DNA of 41,597 nucleotides from a virus. Its lineage: Duplodnaviria; Caudoviricetes. Positions 1 to 9,761 of this stretch are shown piece by piece. The stretch lies in the IMG/VR virus record IMGVR_UViG_3300037313_000280, positions 1-41,597 of that record. One strand, written 5' to 3'. Numbering within the stretch: the first letter of the stretch is position 1; the number at the start of each line of letters is the position of its first letter. The notes under the pieces were generated by a model, which was not told the DNA's origin, did not search any database, and saw only the letters and a program-made list of their open reading frames with translations. The position numbers were made by a program, and so were the translations under genes.

Positions 1-128
1 GGGCTCTGACTGGTCGGCCGGGTTCATAGGGTCGCCGGGCACACCTTCTATGACGTACTGACTTCCGCTGTGGCGCGAGGCCACGGCGAGCCCGATGCGG
101 CGCGATGCCGCTGAGGAGTGAGGATCCG

Positions 129-353
129 ATGCAGGTGCAGGCCCAGATGCACGTCGAGAAGGCGATCGCGGAGCAGTTCCCGAGCCGCCCCGACTACGTG
201 AAGCAGGCTGCCGATGCCGCGCTCGAGGCGATGCGCGAGACGGCAGCCGAGCGGAACCGGCACGTCAGCGAGGCGCCGCGTCTGGCTGACATCTGCGACA
301 CACGGCTCGGCTTCGTCGAGTTGACGTTCGTGGCTGACACGGAGTCGGACTGA
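129..353 (+). CDS. hypothetical protein upstream of terS
   Basis: ATG at 129 after GAGGAGTGAGG; its stop overlaps the terS start (TGATG). Alternative start at 105. Confidence 0.65.
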   Translation: MQVQAQMHVEKAIAEQFPSRPDYVKQAADAALEAMRETAAERNRHVSEAPRLADICDTRLGFVELTFVADTESD

Positions 354-814
354 TGACGCGCGGTGGTGCTCGTTCGCGTTCTGGCCCGCCGCCGGACCCG
401 AATGCGCTGCGTCGGTCACGCAAGTCCGACCCGGCGTGGACGAAGATCCCGGCGAGCGGAACTGGCAAGCCTGCGCCTGAGTGGCCGCTGGTCGAGCCGT
501 CGCCCCGTGAGCTTGAACTGTGGGAAGCCTGGTGGGCTGAGCCGGTCGCAGTGCTCTGGGAAGAGTCCCACGCGCTGCACTACGTGGCCTTCACGGTCCG
601 CATGTTCGCCGAGGCTGAGCAGCCGAAGGCGCGCACCGAGGACCGCAAGTCGCTGAACCAGATGATGGCGAACCTGTACCTCACGCCTGACTCGCAACTC
701 CGGGCGCGCATCCTGATCGTCGAGGACGACGGCGAGGAGCCTGTCGCTCCGGTTTCGGTCGAGGGCGCGACGGTCACCTCCATCAAGGACCGGCTGAGCC
801 GTGGGAGCGCCTGA
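353..814 (+). CDS. terS: terminase small subunit
   Basis: RGGARSRSGPPPDPNALRR N-terminus and PEWPL...W..WW..P motif typical of actinophage small terminases; directly before terL. Confidence 0.85.
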   Translation: MTRGGARSRSGPPPDPNALRRSRKSDPAWTKIPASGTGKPAPEWPLVEPSPRELELWEAWWAEPVAVLWEESHALHYVAFTVRMFAEAEQPKARTEDRKSLNQMMANLYLTPDSQLRARILIVEDDGEEPVAPVSVEGATVTSIKDRLSRGSA

Positions 815-2450
815 GCGTTACGTTGTCGACTTCCCGACCCTCTGGATCGTCCCGGCCTGGCACGAGCACCACTGCATCATCCCGGACGGGTTCCGCAAGG
901 GCACCCCTTGGCGGCACTACGACTGGCAGCTCTGGATCACGGTCAACCACTACCGCGTGAAGCCAGATGCGGTTCCGTTTGACGACGAGGGCTACCCGAC
1001 TCGGGCGGCAGCGTTCGAGAACCGGCGCTCGCAGGTCGTGGCGGCCCAGAAGACCGGCAAAGGTCCATTCGCTGCGGTCATCGTGTGCGGTGAGGCTGTC
1101 GGGCCGGTGCTGTTCGCCGGATGGGCTGAGGGCGGCGAGATCTACCGCTGCTCCGATCATGGCTGCCAGTGCGGCTGGTCCTACGTTTACGACGCGGGCG
1201 AGCCGATGGGGATGCCGTGGCCTACTCCGCTGATCCAGTTGCTCGCGACGTCTGAGGATCAGGTCGACAACGTCTATCGTCCCTTGCAGGCGATGGCTCG
1301 CGGCCCTTACCTGTCGGCGCTGATGCGTGTCGGCGAGTCGTTCATCCGGCTCCCGAACGACGGTCGGATCGACGTGGTGACCTCGAGTGCCCAGTCTCGC
1401 CTCGGCAACCCGATCACCTTCGCCCTTCAGGACGAGACGCAGCTCTACACGGCCCAGAACAAGCTCATCAAGGTCGCTGAGACGATGCGCCGTGGTCTGG
1501 CCGGCATGGGTGGTCGGTCGATGGAGACGACGAACTGTTGGGACCCGGGCGAGCATTCGGTCGCTCAGCGCACGTATGAGGCGAAGGCGTCTGACGTCTT
1601 CAAGTTCTATGAGCAGCCGCCAGCCGATCTCTCGTGGTCGCGCAAGGCTGACCGGCGCAAGATCCTCGAGTTCAACTACGCCGGCTCGCCGCATGTGCCG
1701 ATCCATCAGGTGCTCGCGGAGGCTGAGGAGTTGGGCGAGGTTGACCCAGGCCAGGCTGAGCGGTTCTACGGCAACCGGATCGTGTCTGGTCATGGCGTCT
1801 GGATGGCCTCCGAGCGCTGGGATGCCCGTGGGAAGCCTTGCGAGGTCGAGCCGGGCACGCAGATCACACTCGGGTTCGACGGCTCTGATGTGGATGACGT
1901 GACTGGCTTCCGTGCGGAGACTCGTGACGGCTACCAGTTCACGCCGACGTTCCCGGATGGCCGCAAGATGATCTGGGATCCGGCCGAGTATGGCGGCAAG
2001 GTCCCGCGAGCCGAGGTGTCTGAGGGGCTCGCCTACATCGTCGAGCACTTCAACCTCGTCCGCGGCTACTTCGACCCGCCGTACTGGGAGTCGGAGTGCG
2101 ACGCGTGGGCCGAGCTCTACGGCGACACGGTGATCGTCCGCTGGTACACGAAGCGGCCGACGCAGATGCACGCTGCCGCGGAGCGGCTGTACGTCGACCT
2201 GGGCAAGACGGACTCGCGGTTCTGGCACGACGGCTGTGACGTCACTCAGCGGCACGTTCACGCCGCCCACAAGACGCCGCGACCGACTGCCGACACTCCG
2301 GGCCGCTACATCCTCCGCAAGCCGGGAGATGGCCGAAAGATCGACATGGCGATCCCTTCCATCCTGGCCCACGAGGCGAACGGCGACGTGACTGCCGCTG
2401 GATGGCCAGAACTCGTTACCGGCCCGACGTACTTCCGCTTGCCCCGCTGA
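801..2450 (+). CDS. terL: terminase large subunit
   Basis: Walker A-like QKTGKG, Walker B ALQDET, nuclease LGFDGS..DD and C-terminal KID motif. Confidence 0.95.
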   Translation: MGAPERYVVDFPTLWIVPAWHEHHCIIPDGFRKGTPWRHYDWQLWITVNHYRVKPDAVPFDDEGYPTRAAAFENRRSQVVAAQKTGKGPFAAVIVCGEAVGPVLFAGWAEGGEIYRCSDHGCQCGWSYVYDAGEPMGMPWPTPLIQLLATSEDQVDNVYRPLQAMARGPYLSALMRVGESFIRLPNDGRIDVVTSSAQSRLGNPITFALQDETQLYTAQNKLIKVAETMRRGLAGMGGRSMETTNCWDPGEHSVAQRTYEAKASDVFKFYEQPPADLSWSRKADRRKILEFNYAGSPHVPIHQVLAEAEELGEVDPGQAERFYGNRIVSGHGVWMASERWDARGKPCEVEPGTQITLGFDGSDVDDVTGFRAETRDGYQFTPTFPDGRKMIWDPAEYGGKVPRAEVSEGLAYIVEHFNLVRGYFDPPYWESECDAWAELYGDTVIVRWYTKRPTQMHAAAERLYVDLGKTDSRFWHDGCDVTQRHVHAAHKTPRPTADTPGRYILRKPGDGRKIDMAIPSILAHEANGDVTAAGWPELVTGPTYFRLPR

Positions 2451-2467
2451 TCTGACAAGGAGGCTCC

Positions 2468-3847
2468 GTGGCACTCACGCCCTCCGAGGTCACCCTTCTC
2501 GAGCAGCTCAAGGCGCAGCATGACGCGCGTTGGCGCGACGACGAGCGGTTCTATCGCTACTACCACTTGCAGCAGCGTGTGGAGCAGCTCGGTATGGCGA
2601 TTCCGCCGAACATGCGCCGATTCCTGGTGGTCGCGAACTGGCCGCGTGTCGTTGTTCGCACGATCGCGGGTCGTCAGAAGGTCCGGGCGATGATCCTGCC
2701 TGGCGAGGAGACCTCGGATGAGCGCCTGCGCGCCATCTGGGACGCCTCGAACCTGTCGGCGCAGACCCGGATGTTCCGTCGTGACGCCCTGATCTGCGGT
2801 CGAGCCTTCCTGTCGGTGGGGACGAACGAGCAGAACCGTTCACTCCCCCTCGTTCGCGTCGAGTCTCCGCGGGAGATGGAGGCTCTGGTCGACGTTCGCC
2901 GCGAGGAGATGATCGCCGCAGCGAGGTTCTACGGGACCGATGCCAAGACGGGCGTCTCGCCGACGAACATCACGCTCTACCAGCGTGACACGACCGTCTG
3001 GGTCGGACGCGATGAGCAGGGACGCTGGACCGAGCTCGGCCGTGACAACCACGGTCTCGGCGCGGTCCCGGTCGTCATGCACCTCAACGAGCGCATGTCG
3101 GGCAGCCTTGATCAGCGCACCGGGTTCGAGGGTGAGTCGGAACTGGTTGACGTGATCGGCCTGACAGATTCGGTGGCCCGGTCACTGACCAATCTCCAGT
3201 TCGCCCAAGAGGCGCACGGCATCCCGCGCATGTTCATGACCGGCGTCTCGACCGGCGACTTCGTGGACGCAGAGGGCAAGCCGATCCCGATGTTCGAGGC
3301 GTACTTCGACGCGATCCACACGCTGACGAAGGCCGAGGCCAAGGTTGGGCAGCTCACTGCTGCTGACTTGAAGAACTTCGAGACGGCGCTGAACATCTAC
3401 GGGCGCCAGGCTGCGATCTCCTACGGCTTTCCGGCCCGCTACTTCGGCATCACGACGTCGAACCCGCCGGCCGAGGGCGCGATCCGGGCCGACGAGAACG
3501 ACCTCGTCAACTACGTCGAGGACAAGAACGAGGCTGAGGGCATGGTGCTCGGCTGGATGGGCGCCCTTGCGCTCAGGTTCGCGACCGGCGACTGGGTCGA
3601 GGGCAACCGGGTCCGTGTCGACTACTTTGACCCCGGCACGCCGACGTTCGCTCAGCGCGCCGACGCCCTGACGAAGATGCGCGCGGTCGGAGGAATCTCC
3701 CGCGAGGGCATGTGGGACGAGCTCGGCTGGTCCGAGGCACGCAAGGCCAAGGAGCGCCAGTACCTCGAGGCCGAGGCTGCCGACCCGGTGACCCAAGCGC
3801 TGATCGGCGAGTTGAATGCCAGCCGAAGCACCACCGTCAGCGAGTAA
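2468..3847 (+). CDS. portal protein (SPP1 gp6-like)
   Basis: 459 aa after terL; NWPRVVV, HGLGAVPVV, GESEL and NPPAEGAIRA motifs; AAGGAGG RBS. Confidence 0.93.
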   Translation: MALTPSEVTLLEQLKAQHDARWRDDERFYRYYHLQQRVEQLGMAIPPNMRRFLVVANWPRVVVRTIAGRQKVRAMILPGEETSDERLRAIWDASNLSAQTRMFRRDALICGRAFLSVGTNEQNRSLPLVRVESPREMEALVDVRREEMIAAARFYGTDAKTGVSPTNITLYQRDTTVWVGRDEQGRWTELGRDNHGLGAVPVVMHLNERMSGSLDQRTGFEGESELVDVIGLTDSVARSLTNLQFAQEAHGIPRMFMTGVSTGDFVDAEGKPIPMFEAYFDAIHTLTKAEAKVGQLTAADLKNFETALNIYGRQAAISYGFPARYFGITTSNPPAEGAIRADENDLVNYVEDKNEAEGMVLGWMGALALRFATGDWVEGNRVRVDYFDPGTPTFAQRADALTKMRAVGGISREGMWDELGWSEARKAKERQYLEAEAADPVTQALIGELNASRSTTVSE

Positions 3848-4586
3848 GTACTACGCGCTCTCGGCCCTGCTCTCGCAGCAGACCGCCCGCGAGGCAGTCA
3901 AGGCACGTGCTCGAGGCTTCGCGCAGGCTGCATCGCTCCTGATGCGCCGCCAGGTGGCAACCGCGAGCCTCGCCGAAGCCGCCATCGCCCGAATGCTCGA
4001 CGACCAGCCGGGAACCACTCCGAAGCCCGACGTAGCCCTTGCGCCCGCCGCGTTCACCACCCTGCCGGACAACCTCGACGCGATGGCTCAGGACATGCTC
4101 AACGACGCCGAGTTCGAGCGTCTGGTCGCATCGATCATGCAGGAGACGGCACGCGCCGCCCAGCAGGTCTCCGTGGCCGCTCGTCCTCACGTCCAGCATG
4201 TCCGACACCTCAACCTGCCGTCCTGCTCACGCTGCGCCATCCTGGCCGGTCGGGTCTACCGCTACAGCGAAGGCTTCAAGCGCCATCCCGGCTGCGACTG
4301 CGTGATGATCCCCGTGACCATCGCCTCTCCCGACCTGACCTACGACCCGGTCGAGCTCGCGCGGTCCGGCCAGGTAACGGGGCTGTCTAAGGCTGACCGC
4401 GAAGCGCTGGATGTAGGCGCAGACTTCGGCCAGATCGTCAACGTCAGGCTCAAGAAGGCTGGCCTTACCGAGTCTGGCCGCGTGCTGGCTCGAGCCGGTC
4501 GCCCTACGCCCGAGGCGCTGCTGCGAGACGCGCCTGACCGCGACGTCGCCCTGCAACTGCTGACGCAGTTCGGCTACGTCCGCTGA
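3816..4586 (+). CDS. MuF-like minor head / capsid maturation protein
   Basis: CSRCAILAGR...FKRHPGCDC motif; lies between portal and scaffold. Confidence 0.8.
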   Translation: MPAEAPPSASKYYALSALLSQQTAREAVKARARGFAQAASLLMRRQVATASLAEAAIARMLDDQPGTTPKPDVALAPAAFTTLPDNLDAMAQDMLNDAEFERLVASIMQETARAAQQVSVAARPHVQHVRHLNLPSCSRCAILAGRVYRYSEGFKRHPGCDCVMIPVTIASPDLTYDPVELARSGQVTGLSKADREALDVGADFGQIVNVRLKKAGLTESGRVLARAGRPTPEALLRDAPDRDVALQLLTQFGYVR

Positions 4587-4589
4587 CTT

Positions 4590-4632
4590 CCCGACGACGC
4601 GAGGTCGTCGGGTGATCCCCCGCGATGGAGGA
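4590..4632 (+). promoter_or_regulatory. tandem hairpins (GCGAG and GCGAT loops) covering the scaffold RBS
   Basis: CCCGACGAC-GCGAG-GTCGTCGGG is a perfect 9-bp stem; TCCCCC-GCGAT-GGAGGA is an imperfect stem containing the SD. Confidence 0.5.
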
Positions 4633-4639
4633 AACCCGC

Positions 4640-5137
4640 ATGTCCACTTCCGCCACCGAGCCGGCCACCGAGCCGACTGAGCCGACTGGAACCGAGGAGC
4701 CGCAGGGCGACCCTGCTGCCGACCTCGGCGACGCCGGCAAGAAGGCACTCGACGCCGAGCGCGCTGCGCGCAAGGCCGCCGAGAAGGCCGCCGCCGACTT
4801 GCAGAAGCAGCTCGACGAGATCGGCCGCGCCAACGAGTCCGCGCTTGAGCGGGCGCAGCGCGAAGCCAAGGAAGCCCAGGAGGCCGCCGCGAAGGCGTCC
4901 GCCGACGCTCTCCGGTTCCGCGTGGCCGCCAAGCACGGCATCTCTGAAGAGGACGCCGACCTGTTCCTGACCGGAGCAGACGAGGCGACCCTCGAACGGC
5001 AGGCGGCTCGCCTGGCGGAGCGGACACCAACCTCGCCCCTCCCCGACCCCACCCAGGGCGGCAAGGGCGGCAACTCGACCGCGCTCAACAGCGACGGCCT
5101 CGAGGAAGCACTCAAGTCCAAGCTCGGCATCCTCTGA
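4640..5137 (+). CDS. capsid scaffolding protein
   Basis: Acidic N-terminus, LGDAGKKALDAERAARK coiled coil, PDPTQG tail; immediately upstream of the capsid gene. Confidence 0.9.
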   Translation: MSTSATEPATEPTEPTGTEEPQGDPAADLGDAGKKALDAERAARKAAEKAAADLQKQLDEIGRANESALERAQREAKEAQEAAAKASADALRFRVAAKHGISEEDADLFLTGADEATLERQAARLAERTPTSPLPDPTQGGKGGNSTALNSDGLEEALKSKLGIL

Positions 5138-5163
5138 TGCCGCCACTGTCCTAGGAGGGACTC

Positions 5164-6066
5164 ATGGCGATCACCGCCGCAACCAAGCTCTCCGACTTCT
5201 CCGGGTTCCTGAACCGGGAGCAGTCCGAGGCCATCTTTAACACGGCCTACCAGTCGTCGGTCGTCCAGCAGCTCTCGCGCCGCGTGCCCCTCGGGTTTGC
5301 CGGCAAGTCGATCCCCGTCGTGACCGGCAAGGTCACCGCCGGATGGGTCGCTGAGGGCGCGCAGAAGCCCGCGAGTTCCGGCTCGATGGCGCTCAAGACC
5401 ATGGACCCGAAGAAGCTCGCCGCGATCGCGGTGGTCTCGGCCGAGGTCATCCGCGCCAACCCGGGCGGCTACATGGACGTCCTGCGTCCGCAGATCGCGG
5501 AGGCGTTCGCCATCGCGTTCGACGCCGCGGCCCTGCACGGCACGTCGAGCCCGTTCTCGACCAACCTCGACACCGGCTCCACGGCGCAGGAGTTCACCGG
5601 CACCGCCCCGGCTTTCACCGCGGTCTACGACGACCTGAACGCCGGCCTGCGGACGCTGGTCAACGCTGGCAAGAAGCCGAACGGCTGGGCCTTCGACTCC
5701 CGCATGGAGCCGGAGTTCAACGCCGCGAAGGACACCAGCGGTCGCCCGCTGTTCCTCGACGCCACGTACACCAACGAGGCGGGCCTGATCCAGCAGGGTC
5801 GCCTCCTGGGTCGCCAGGCATTCCTCGGCGATGGCGTCTACGCCGCCACCCCGAAGATCTACGGCTACCTCGGCGACTGGACGCAGACCGCGTGGGGCGC
5901 CGTTGGCGAGATCTCCTACAGCGTCTCCACCGAGGCCACGGTGACCATCAACGGCACCCTGACCTCCCTGTGGGAGAACAACCTCGTCGCGATCCTGGCT
6001 GAGGCCGAATATGGGTGGCTCGTCAATGACGCTGCCAGCTTCGTCAAGTTCACCAACGCCGCCTGA
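5164..6066 (+). CDS. major capsid protein (HK97 fold)
   Basis: AGWVAEG..KP, KKLAAI, KDTSGRPLF, GDW and WENNLVAILAEAEYG motifs; AGGAGG RBS. Confidence 0.95.
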   Translation: MAITAATKLSDFSGFLNREQSEAIFNTAYQSSVVQQLSRRVPLGFAGKSIPVVTGKVTAGWVAEGAQKPASSGSMALKTMDPKKLAAIAVVSAEVIRANPGGYMDVLRPQIAEAFAIAFDAAALHGTSSPFSTNLDTGSTAQEFTGTAPAFTAVYDDLNAGLRTLVNAGKKPNGWAFDSRMEPEFNAAKDTSGRPLFLDATYTNEAGLIQQGRLLGRQAFLGDGVYAATPKIYGYLGDWTQTAWGAVGEISYSVSTEATVTINGTLTSLWENNLVAILAEAEYGWLVNDAASFVKFTNAA

Positions 6067-6079
6067 TCGGGGGTCTGAC

Positions 6080-6328
6080 ATGGCTACCAAGAAGGCCACG
6101 ACGACCAGCGATCTGACCGCCGAGGATCTGACGGCGAGCGCCGTGGACCCGCAGCCGACCCGCGAGGAGCTGGTCGAGAACATCTCCGAGGCGACCGCCC
6201 CGGAGATGGTTGCGAAGGTCGACGAGCCGAAGACCTACAAGGTCAAGGCGCCGACCGGGGAGGTCGTCGAGGTGCCCGAGAGCATCCTCGACTCTCTCCT
6301 CGACTCGGGCTACAGCAAGACCCGCTGA
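6080..6328 (+). CDS. small virion-region protein
   Basis: ATG at 6080 just after the capsid gene; ends in V.AP.G.VVEV......LL..GY. Confidence 0.75.
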   Translation: MATKKATTTSDLTAEDLTASAVDPQPTREELVENISEATAPEMVAKVDEPKTYKVKAPTGEVVEVPESILDSLLDSGYSKTR

Positions 6329-6347
6329 ACGAGAGGGGTGGCCGCGC

Positions 6348-6722
6348 ATGGCTATTGCGACCTGGCAGGACGTACAGACCGCGCTCGGCCGCCCCATCTC
6401 GGACTCGACCGAGCAGCAGCGCGCCGAGTGGTGGCTCGACGGCGCTGAGGCACAAATCAGGGCACGCCTCGGCGAGGTAAACCTCCTTGACCCCGGTGCC
6501 GTGAGGTATGTCGAGGCCGAGGCTGTTGCCGCCCGCATGAGCAACCCGGACAACTATGCGTCCGAGTCGATCGACGACTACACGTACCGCTACGGCACCG
6601 AGACCCGGCAGATCGTCATCCAGGCCGAGTGGTGGGCGATGCTCAGTCCACAGGCGGACGGATCGTCGACTCGGCCGGGGTTCGAGCCCGACACGGCTCC
6701 TTCGACCTTGGACTGGTCGTGA
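6348..6722 (+). CDS. head-to-tail adaptor
   Basis: AT..DV...LGR start and NPDNYASESIDDYTY motif. Confidence 0.85.
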   Translation: MAIATWQDVQTALGRPISDSTEQQRAEWWLDGAEAQIRARLGEVNLLDPGAVRYVEAEAVAARMSNPDNYASESIDDYTYRYGTETRQIVIQAEWWAMLSPQADGSSTRPGFEPDTAPSTLDWS

Positions 6723-7129
6723 GCCTGACATCCACGCTGATCGCAGGGCGCCGGGCCGCCGAGGCTCGGATGCTGTCCCGCGGGACGATTCTTCGCAAGA
6801 CCGGCGGCACGACCACCACGACGGACGGCCTCGAGGTCCCGCAGTGGGACACGATCTACGCCGACCTTCCCTGTCGCATAGCCGGCATGGCCCGCAGTCA
6901 GTCGCCCTCGCGAACGCTGAACATCGGCGGTGTCGAGGTGCAGGTTGCAACTCGTACTGCGCACTTCCCGCACGACACTGCGGACCTGCGCGACGGCGAC
7001 CTGATCGACGTCACCTCGGGCGAGACCTCGGGGACTGTCTGGCAGGTCGTCGAGGGCGATGCCGCCGACCAGCAGACCGCGCGCCGCGTGCCCGTGATCG
7101 CCGTCAAGCGCCCCGAGGAGTGGACCTGA
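6719..7129 (+). CDS. head-to-tail stopper
   Basis: GTGA overlap; GRRAAEARM...IY..LPCRI...Q.TARRVPV pattern; synteny. Confidence 0.8.
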   Translation: MSLTSTLIAGRRAAEARMLSRGTILRKTGGTTTTTDGLEVPQWDTIYADLPCRIAGMARSQSPSRTLNIGGVEVQVATRTAHFPHDTADLRDGDLIDVTSGETSGTVWQVVEGDAADQQTARRVPVIAVKRPEEWT

Positions 7130-7503
7130 TGCGTGTCTCAGTGAGCCATACCCTTGACGACCTGCAGCGCGACCTTGCGCGTGGTCCGGTGACCTTGGTG
7201 CGCGAGGGGTCGGCCCTGGTCCGTCGCAATGTGACCGAGGGACGAGTGCTGGCGCAGGGATTCGCCCGCGAGAAGTCCGGCCCCCACGGCAAGGCGTACT
7301 TCAAGCGCATCACTGACGAGATGACCGGCCCAATGACGGGTGAGTATGGCCCTCACGACGGAGGAATCCCGGTCGGCGCCGGGTGGCGTCATGGTCCACC
7401 GAACACCGACCTGCCGCGCTCTGCCGACCTGATCGGCCCGAAGCTGCTCGACGACGCTCGCTCACTGCTAGACCGCATCTTCTGGCCCGGCGGCGACCAG
7501 TGA
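7129..7503 (+). CDS. neck / HK97 gp10-like protein
   Basis: TGATG overlap; lies between stopper and tail terminator. Confidence 0.7.
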   Translation: MRVSVSHTLDDLQRDLARGPVTLVREGSALVRRNVTEGRVLAQGFAREKSGPHGKAYFKRITDEMTGPMTGEYGPHDGGIPVGAGWRHGPPNTDLPRSADLIGPKLLDDARSLLDRIFWPGGDQ

Positions 7504-7910
7504 ACGAGCAGGATGTCTGGTCGGCACTCCGTGACCTTCTGACCTACACCAGCCTGGGCGACAACGTCTACGACTACGGCAAGGTCCCTGGACAGTCCGG
7601 GAACCCGGGGGAGTTGCCGACCAAGTTCGCGCTGCTGTCCGTGGCGCGCCGCTATGTGCCGCCGAACCGCTCTGGCGGGACGACGGTGACTGGCTATCGC
7701 GCCTCTGTGCGGTTCGTGGGCAGTTCGCCGGTCAATGCCCGCATCATCGGCGGCTGGGTGCGTGAGGCGTTCGAGTCTCAGCCGGGTCGCGGGAAGCGGA
7801 TCACGCTGGCCGGCGTCAAGTCGACGGTCATCACCCATGAGACGACGACCGAAGTCGAACCCGACGACGGCATGTATTCGGGCGTCACCACCTACACCCT
7901 CGCGCTCTAG
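7500..7910 (+). CDS. tail terminator
   Basis: GTGA overlap; VYDYG.VP motif, ~136 aa, upstream of the major tail gene. Confidence 0.75.
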   Translation: MNEQDVWSALRDLLTYTSLGDNVYDYGKVPGQSGNPGELPTKFALLSVARRYVPPNRSGGTTVTGYRASVRFVGSSPVNARIIGGWVREAFESQPGRGKRITLAGVKSTVITHETTTEVEPDDGMYSGVTTYTLAL

Positions 7911-7918
7911 GAGGAGCC

Positions 7919-8065
7919 ATGACCAACGCTGCACTTCGCCGCGCGCTGCTCGACCAGCGCGAGGACAAGAAGAAGTCCACCAAGAAGACGTCCGCGGCTA
8001 AGTCCGCGACGAAGGCCGCCGAGTCGGCCGCCAAGTCCGACAGCACCGCCGACAAGGAGTCCTGA
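7919..8065 (+). CDS. 48-aa Lys/Ala/Ser-rich protein (not in the ORF track)
   Basis: GGAGGAG RBS, then ATG; MTNAALRRALLDQREDKKKSTKKTSAAKS...; fills the gap exactly. Confidence 0.7.
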   Translation: MTNAALRRALLDQREDKKKSTKKTSAAKSATKAAESAAKSDSTADKES

Positions 8066-8067
8066 CC

Positions 8068-8610
8068 ATGCCGCTCGTCAACCCCCCGACCACGAAGGCG
8101 CTCGGCCAGAAGGCCGTCGTCATCCTCACCACGCCGCCTGCTGCCGGCTCGGGAATCCCGACCATCGCCGAGGTCAACGCGGGCATCTTCGCCTCGCTGC
8201 ACTTCTACGGCAACTTCAACGTGACGCCGAACCAGAACACCGGCGAGGCACCCCGCAAGCTCGGCTCGAAGGTGTCGCCGCAGCGTCTCGGCCTGGTCAC
8301 CTACCCGGCTGTGGATGCCTCCTACTCCTACATGCCGCAGGATCTCGGCACCCCCGGCTCGGACGGCAACGAGGTCTACGAGGCGCTGGTCCCCGGCGAC
8401 CAGGTCACCGTCGTGGTGCTCGATGGTGTTGACGGCGAGGAGACCAGCACGGTCGCCGCGGGAGACATCTCCGACATCTACCTGATGGAGGTCGGTGCGC
8501 GCCGCAAGGGCGAGACCGGAGATGGCGAGTTCGACGAGAAGCAGTGCACCACGTCGCTGATCGTCGTGGGTGGCGAGCCGATCGCTACCGACCACGCGCT
8601 CGCCTCCTGA
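8068..8610 (+). CDS. major tail (tube) protein
   Basis: PTIAEVNAG motif, 180 aa, followed by a hairpin and the tail chaperone. Confidence 0.88.
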   Translation: MPLVNPPTTKALGQKAVVILTTPPAAGSGIPTIAEVNAGIFASLHFYGNFNVTPNQNTGEAPRKLGSKVSPQRLGLVTYPAVDASYSYMPQDLGTPGSDGNEVYEALVPGDQVTVVVLDGVDGEETSTVAAGDISDIYLMEVGARRKGETGDGEFDEKQCTTSLIVVGGEPIATDHALAS

Positions 8611-8617
8611 CCCTGAC

Positions 8618-8660
8618 GACCCGCCGCCAGCCTCTCCCGGTGCCGGCGGCGGGTCTTCTC
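8618..8660 (+). terminator. hairpin / weak intrinsic terminator after the major tail gene
   Basis: 11-bp stem GACCCGCCGCC / GGCGGCGGGTC followed by TTCTC. Confidence 0.6.
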
Positions 8661-8679
8661 TCCCGACATCTCCCGAGGA

Positions 8680-9303
8680 GTGACCGTGGCTAAGTCTGTG
8701 GCTGAACTGCGCGCCGAGCGTTCAACCTCGCGACCCGAGCGTCCCTACCGCGCCATCGTCGGCGAGGGTCAGAAGTACGTTGCTGAGATGCAGCGGCTCA
8801 CCGAGGAGCACGACGACCTCGTAACTCGGCAGGCTGCCGAGGCTGGCCCGCGCAAGATGGGCGCCAAGGCTGAGGTGCCGCCGCGCGTGATCGAGCTTCG
8901 TGACCGCATGGCCGAACTGGTCGACGTGATGGGCGAGTACGAGGGCGAACTGACGATCCGTGCCACGAAGACGGACGGCGAGTGGGAGCAGTGGCGCATC
9001 GCCAACCCTGCCCGCGAGGAAGGCGAACCGGGGCATCGCGACGACCTGCTCGTGACGGGCGGCTACTGCAACGCCGACGCCCTCATGGCCGATCTCGCGA
9101 CCTACGTGGCGGCGTGGAACGGCGAGCCGCTTGAGCCGGGCGACTTCGACACGTTCAACCTGGGCCGCCCCGACAAGAAGGCCATCGCCGCGACGGTGGT
9201 GGGCCTGTATGAGACCGGGGATGATCTCCCAAAATTGCGAAGCGGCTTGTCCGCGCTCCTCAAGAGCGAAGCCTTCTCGCGCTCGCCCGAACCCTCGGAG
9301 TAA
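8680..9303 (+). CDS. tail assembly chaperone (short form)
   Basis: Between major tail and tape measure genes; GAGGAG RBS. Confidence 0.85.
   Translation: MTVAKSVAELRAERSTSRPERPYRAIVGEGQKYVAEMQRLTEEHDDLVTRQAAEAGPRKMGAKAEVPPRVIELRDRMAELVDVMGEYEGELTIRATKTDGEWEQWRIANPAREEGEPGHRDDLLVTGGYCNADALMADLATYVAAWNGEPLEPGDFDTFNLGRPDKKAIAATVVGLYETGDDLPKLRSGLSALLKSEAFSRSPEPSE
9228..9234 (+). other. -1 programmed frameshift heptamer C CCA AAA
   Basis: In-frame X XXY YYZ near the chaperone 3' end; the -1 frame is open from here to 9761. Confidence 0.85.
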
Positions 9304-9761
9304 GCGAGAAGCGGCTCCTCGGTTGGGAGCCGTCCGAGAAGCATGAGCACTTCGACGACGCGGGCAATCCGACGGGCTACACGATCGTCACTCGCGAGCC
9401 TGAGTGGGACGACTTGCAGCGCAACCGGATGCTTGCTCTGGCCGAGTACGAGGCCGGTGTCCACGTCAACGGGTGCGGCCTGCATGACTCGATCGCATCT
9501 GAGGACCCTTACTTTGCGGTCGAGGATCGCAAGTGCCCCGTATGCGCCGCGCTCGACCTGCAGGGACGGGTCCGCGGGAAGCGGGAATACGAACGCGAGC
9601 ACGGACTGGATGCTGCGGTCCCTCGGGCAGGGGACGGGCGCACGACTTTTGTGCGGCTGCTCAGTCCCGCCGAGGTTGCGAAGACGTCAACGCCGAGCCC
9701 TCGTAATACCCAACTCAACCCCAAGCGCAATCGTCCCGACCAGAATCGGGATTCCGCCTAG
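9231..9761 (+). CDS. tail assembly chaperone frameshift extension
   Basis: The -1 frame reads ...LARTLGVSEKRLLGWEP...TREPEWDD...CPVC with no stop. Confidence 0.8.
   Translation, partial: KIAKRLVRAPQERSLLALARTLGVSEKRLLGWEPSEKHEHFDDAGNPTGYTIVTREPEWDDLQRNRMLALAEYEAGVHVNGCGLHDSIASEDPYFAVEDRKCPVCAALDLQGRVRGKREYEREHGLDAAVPRAGDGRTTFVRLLSPAEVAKTSTPSPRNTQLNPKRNRPDQNRDSA

Noticed and set aside
783-6183. Long minus-strand ORFs (783-2474, 4504-6183 and others)
   Set aside because: They are antisense shadows of terL, scaffold and capsid, expected in high-GC DNA, with no motifs.
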